A DNA stretch of 64,000 nt from Octopus bimaculoides. Lineage: Eukaryota. A program made the position numbers and the translations under genes. The stretch covers positions 10,759,083 through 10,823,082 of the forward strand of contig NC_069008.1 of NCBI RefSeq assembly GCF_001194135.2, given 5' to 3'. The notes beneath the pieces were generated by a model. It ran no database searches. It was not told where the DNA came from and saw only the letters and a list, made by a program, of their open reading frames with translations. This document shows positions 62,907-64,000 of the stretch, piece after piece. Every line of letters starts with the position of its first letter. Within the stretch, counting starts at the first letter, position 1.

Positions 62907-64000
62907 TACTGAATAGGTGTCACATATTTTTACATATAAATTCCTCTATTTACATAATATCAAGGTCTCTTTCTTTCTTTTGTTGTCCTTCCTATCAATA
63001 TATATANNNNNNNNNNNNNNNNNNNNNNNNNNNNNNNNNNNNNNNNNNNNNNNNNNNNNNNNNNNNNNNNNNNNNNNNNNNNNNNNNNNNNNNNNNNNNN
63101 NNNNNNNNNNNNNNNNNNNNNNNNNNNNNNNNNNNNNNNNNNNNNNNNNNNNNNNNNNNNNNNNNNNNNNNNNNNNNNNNNNNNNNNNNNNNNNNNNNNN
63201 NNNNNNNNNNNNNNNNNNNNNNNNNNNNNNNNNNNNNNNNNNNNNNNNNNNNNNNNNNNNNNNNNNNNNNNNNNNNNNNNNNNNNNNNNNNNNNNNNNNN
63301 NNNNNNNNNNNNNNNNNNNNNNNNNNNNNNNNNNNNNNNNNNNNNTATATATAAAAGGAGCAAAAATACTGGAGAATCAGTATACAACACGTGGCAGAAT
63401 TATATATATATGTTGTTATGAATGAAAAATTACATTCAGATAATTTCTCATTTGTACAACACCGAATTAGAACACCGCTCTTTGGTTTTGCAAGTGAAGA
63501 CGAAAAAATAATTCTTTGTGGTCATGTGACTGTTTAAAGTGTAGTAGGTATGATTTTGGCATACTTTTTACTGTTTGGGCAAACTATAAAGACTACATAG
63601 TGAGTTGCCCACATAGTGAGTTAGTTCATGCTGGAAGTTTTGCTGGAAACTGATGGTATTGAACCGATGGTTCGAAGTCTGCTGGAAGACGATGCAAGCA
63701 GTTTTATGTAGTATTCGGTGCCATGCAGTCAATGTGTGAGATGGTGCCAGGCAATTTTGTGTAGAATAGTTGACACAGTATTCAGTGTCGAATGTGAATT
63801 TGGTTTCAGTGGTTAATGCGAATGGTGGAAGGTTGTGAACTGGCTGTGAAAACAGTGAACTTGGTAATGTAAATGTAAAGTATATGGAATGGTACCATGA
63901 GTTTGGAAGTAACAATAATCCAGTCGAAAAAAAAGAGATAGAAAAAAAGATAGAAAATAAATCATCAGACTGGTGAATAAAATAAGAGCTTACCAAAAGA

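Noticed and set aside
63568-63996. 142-aa minus-strand ORF
   Set aside because: No recognisable domain and truncated by the window edge; it could be a TE remnant.

Overview
This is AT-rich, repeat-saturated animal genomic DNA from a gapped assembly (about 7.5 kb of N, mostly beside (TA)n/(CA)n tracts). The SINE and RTE repertoire looks octopus-like; that is my inference from recall, not a database result. I found no confidently supported host gene, only two weak exon candidates. The window holds a decayed full-length Ty3/Gypsy LTR element nested in a mariner, several Tc1/mariner, hAT and Helitron relics, RTE LINE fragments, three tRNA-derived SINE families, and at least three Penelope-like element (PLE) relics. 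The main unexplained signal is a set of about a dozen type I hammerhead ribozyme (HHR) motifs, found by eye, from at least five sequence families. Most sit in non-coding units of about 330-550 nt that show terminal redundancy, circular permutation and back-to-back inverted copies, as expected of retrozyme-like or non-autonomous PLE derivatives. One is a tRNA-headed SINE fused to an HHR repeat and bounded by a 12-bp target-site duplication. All folds are manual and coordinates of decayed elements are approximate.
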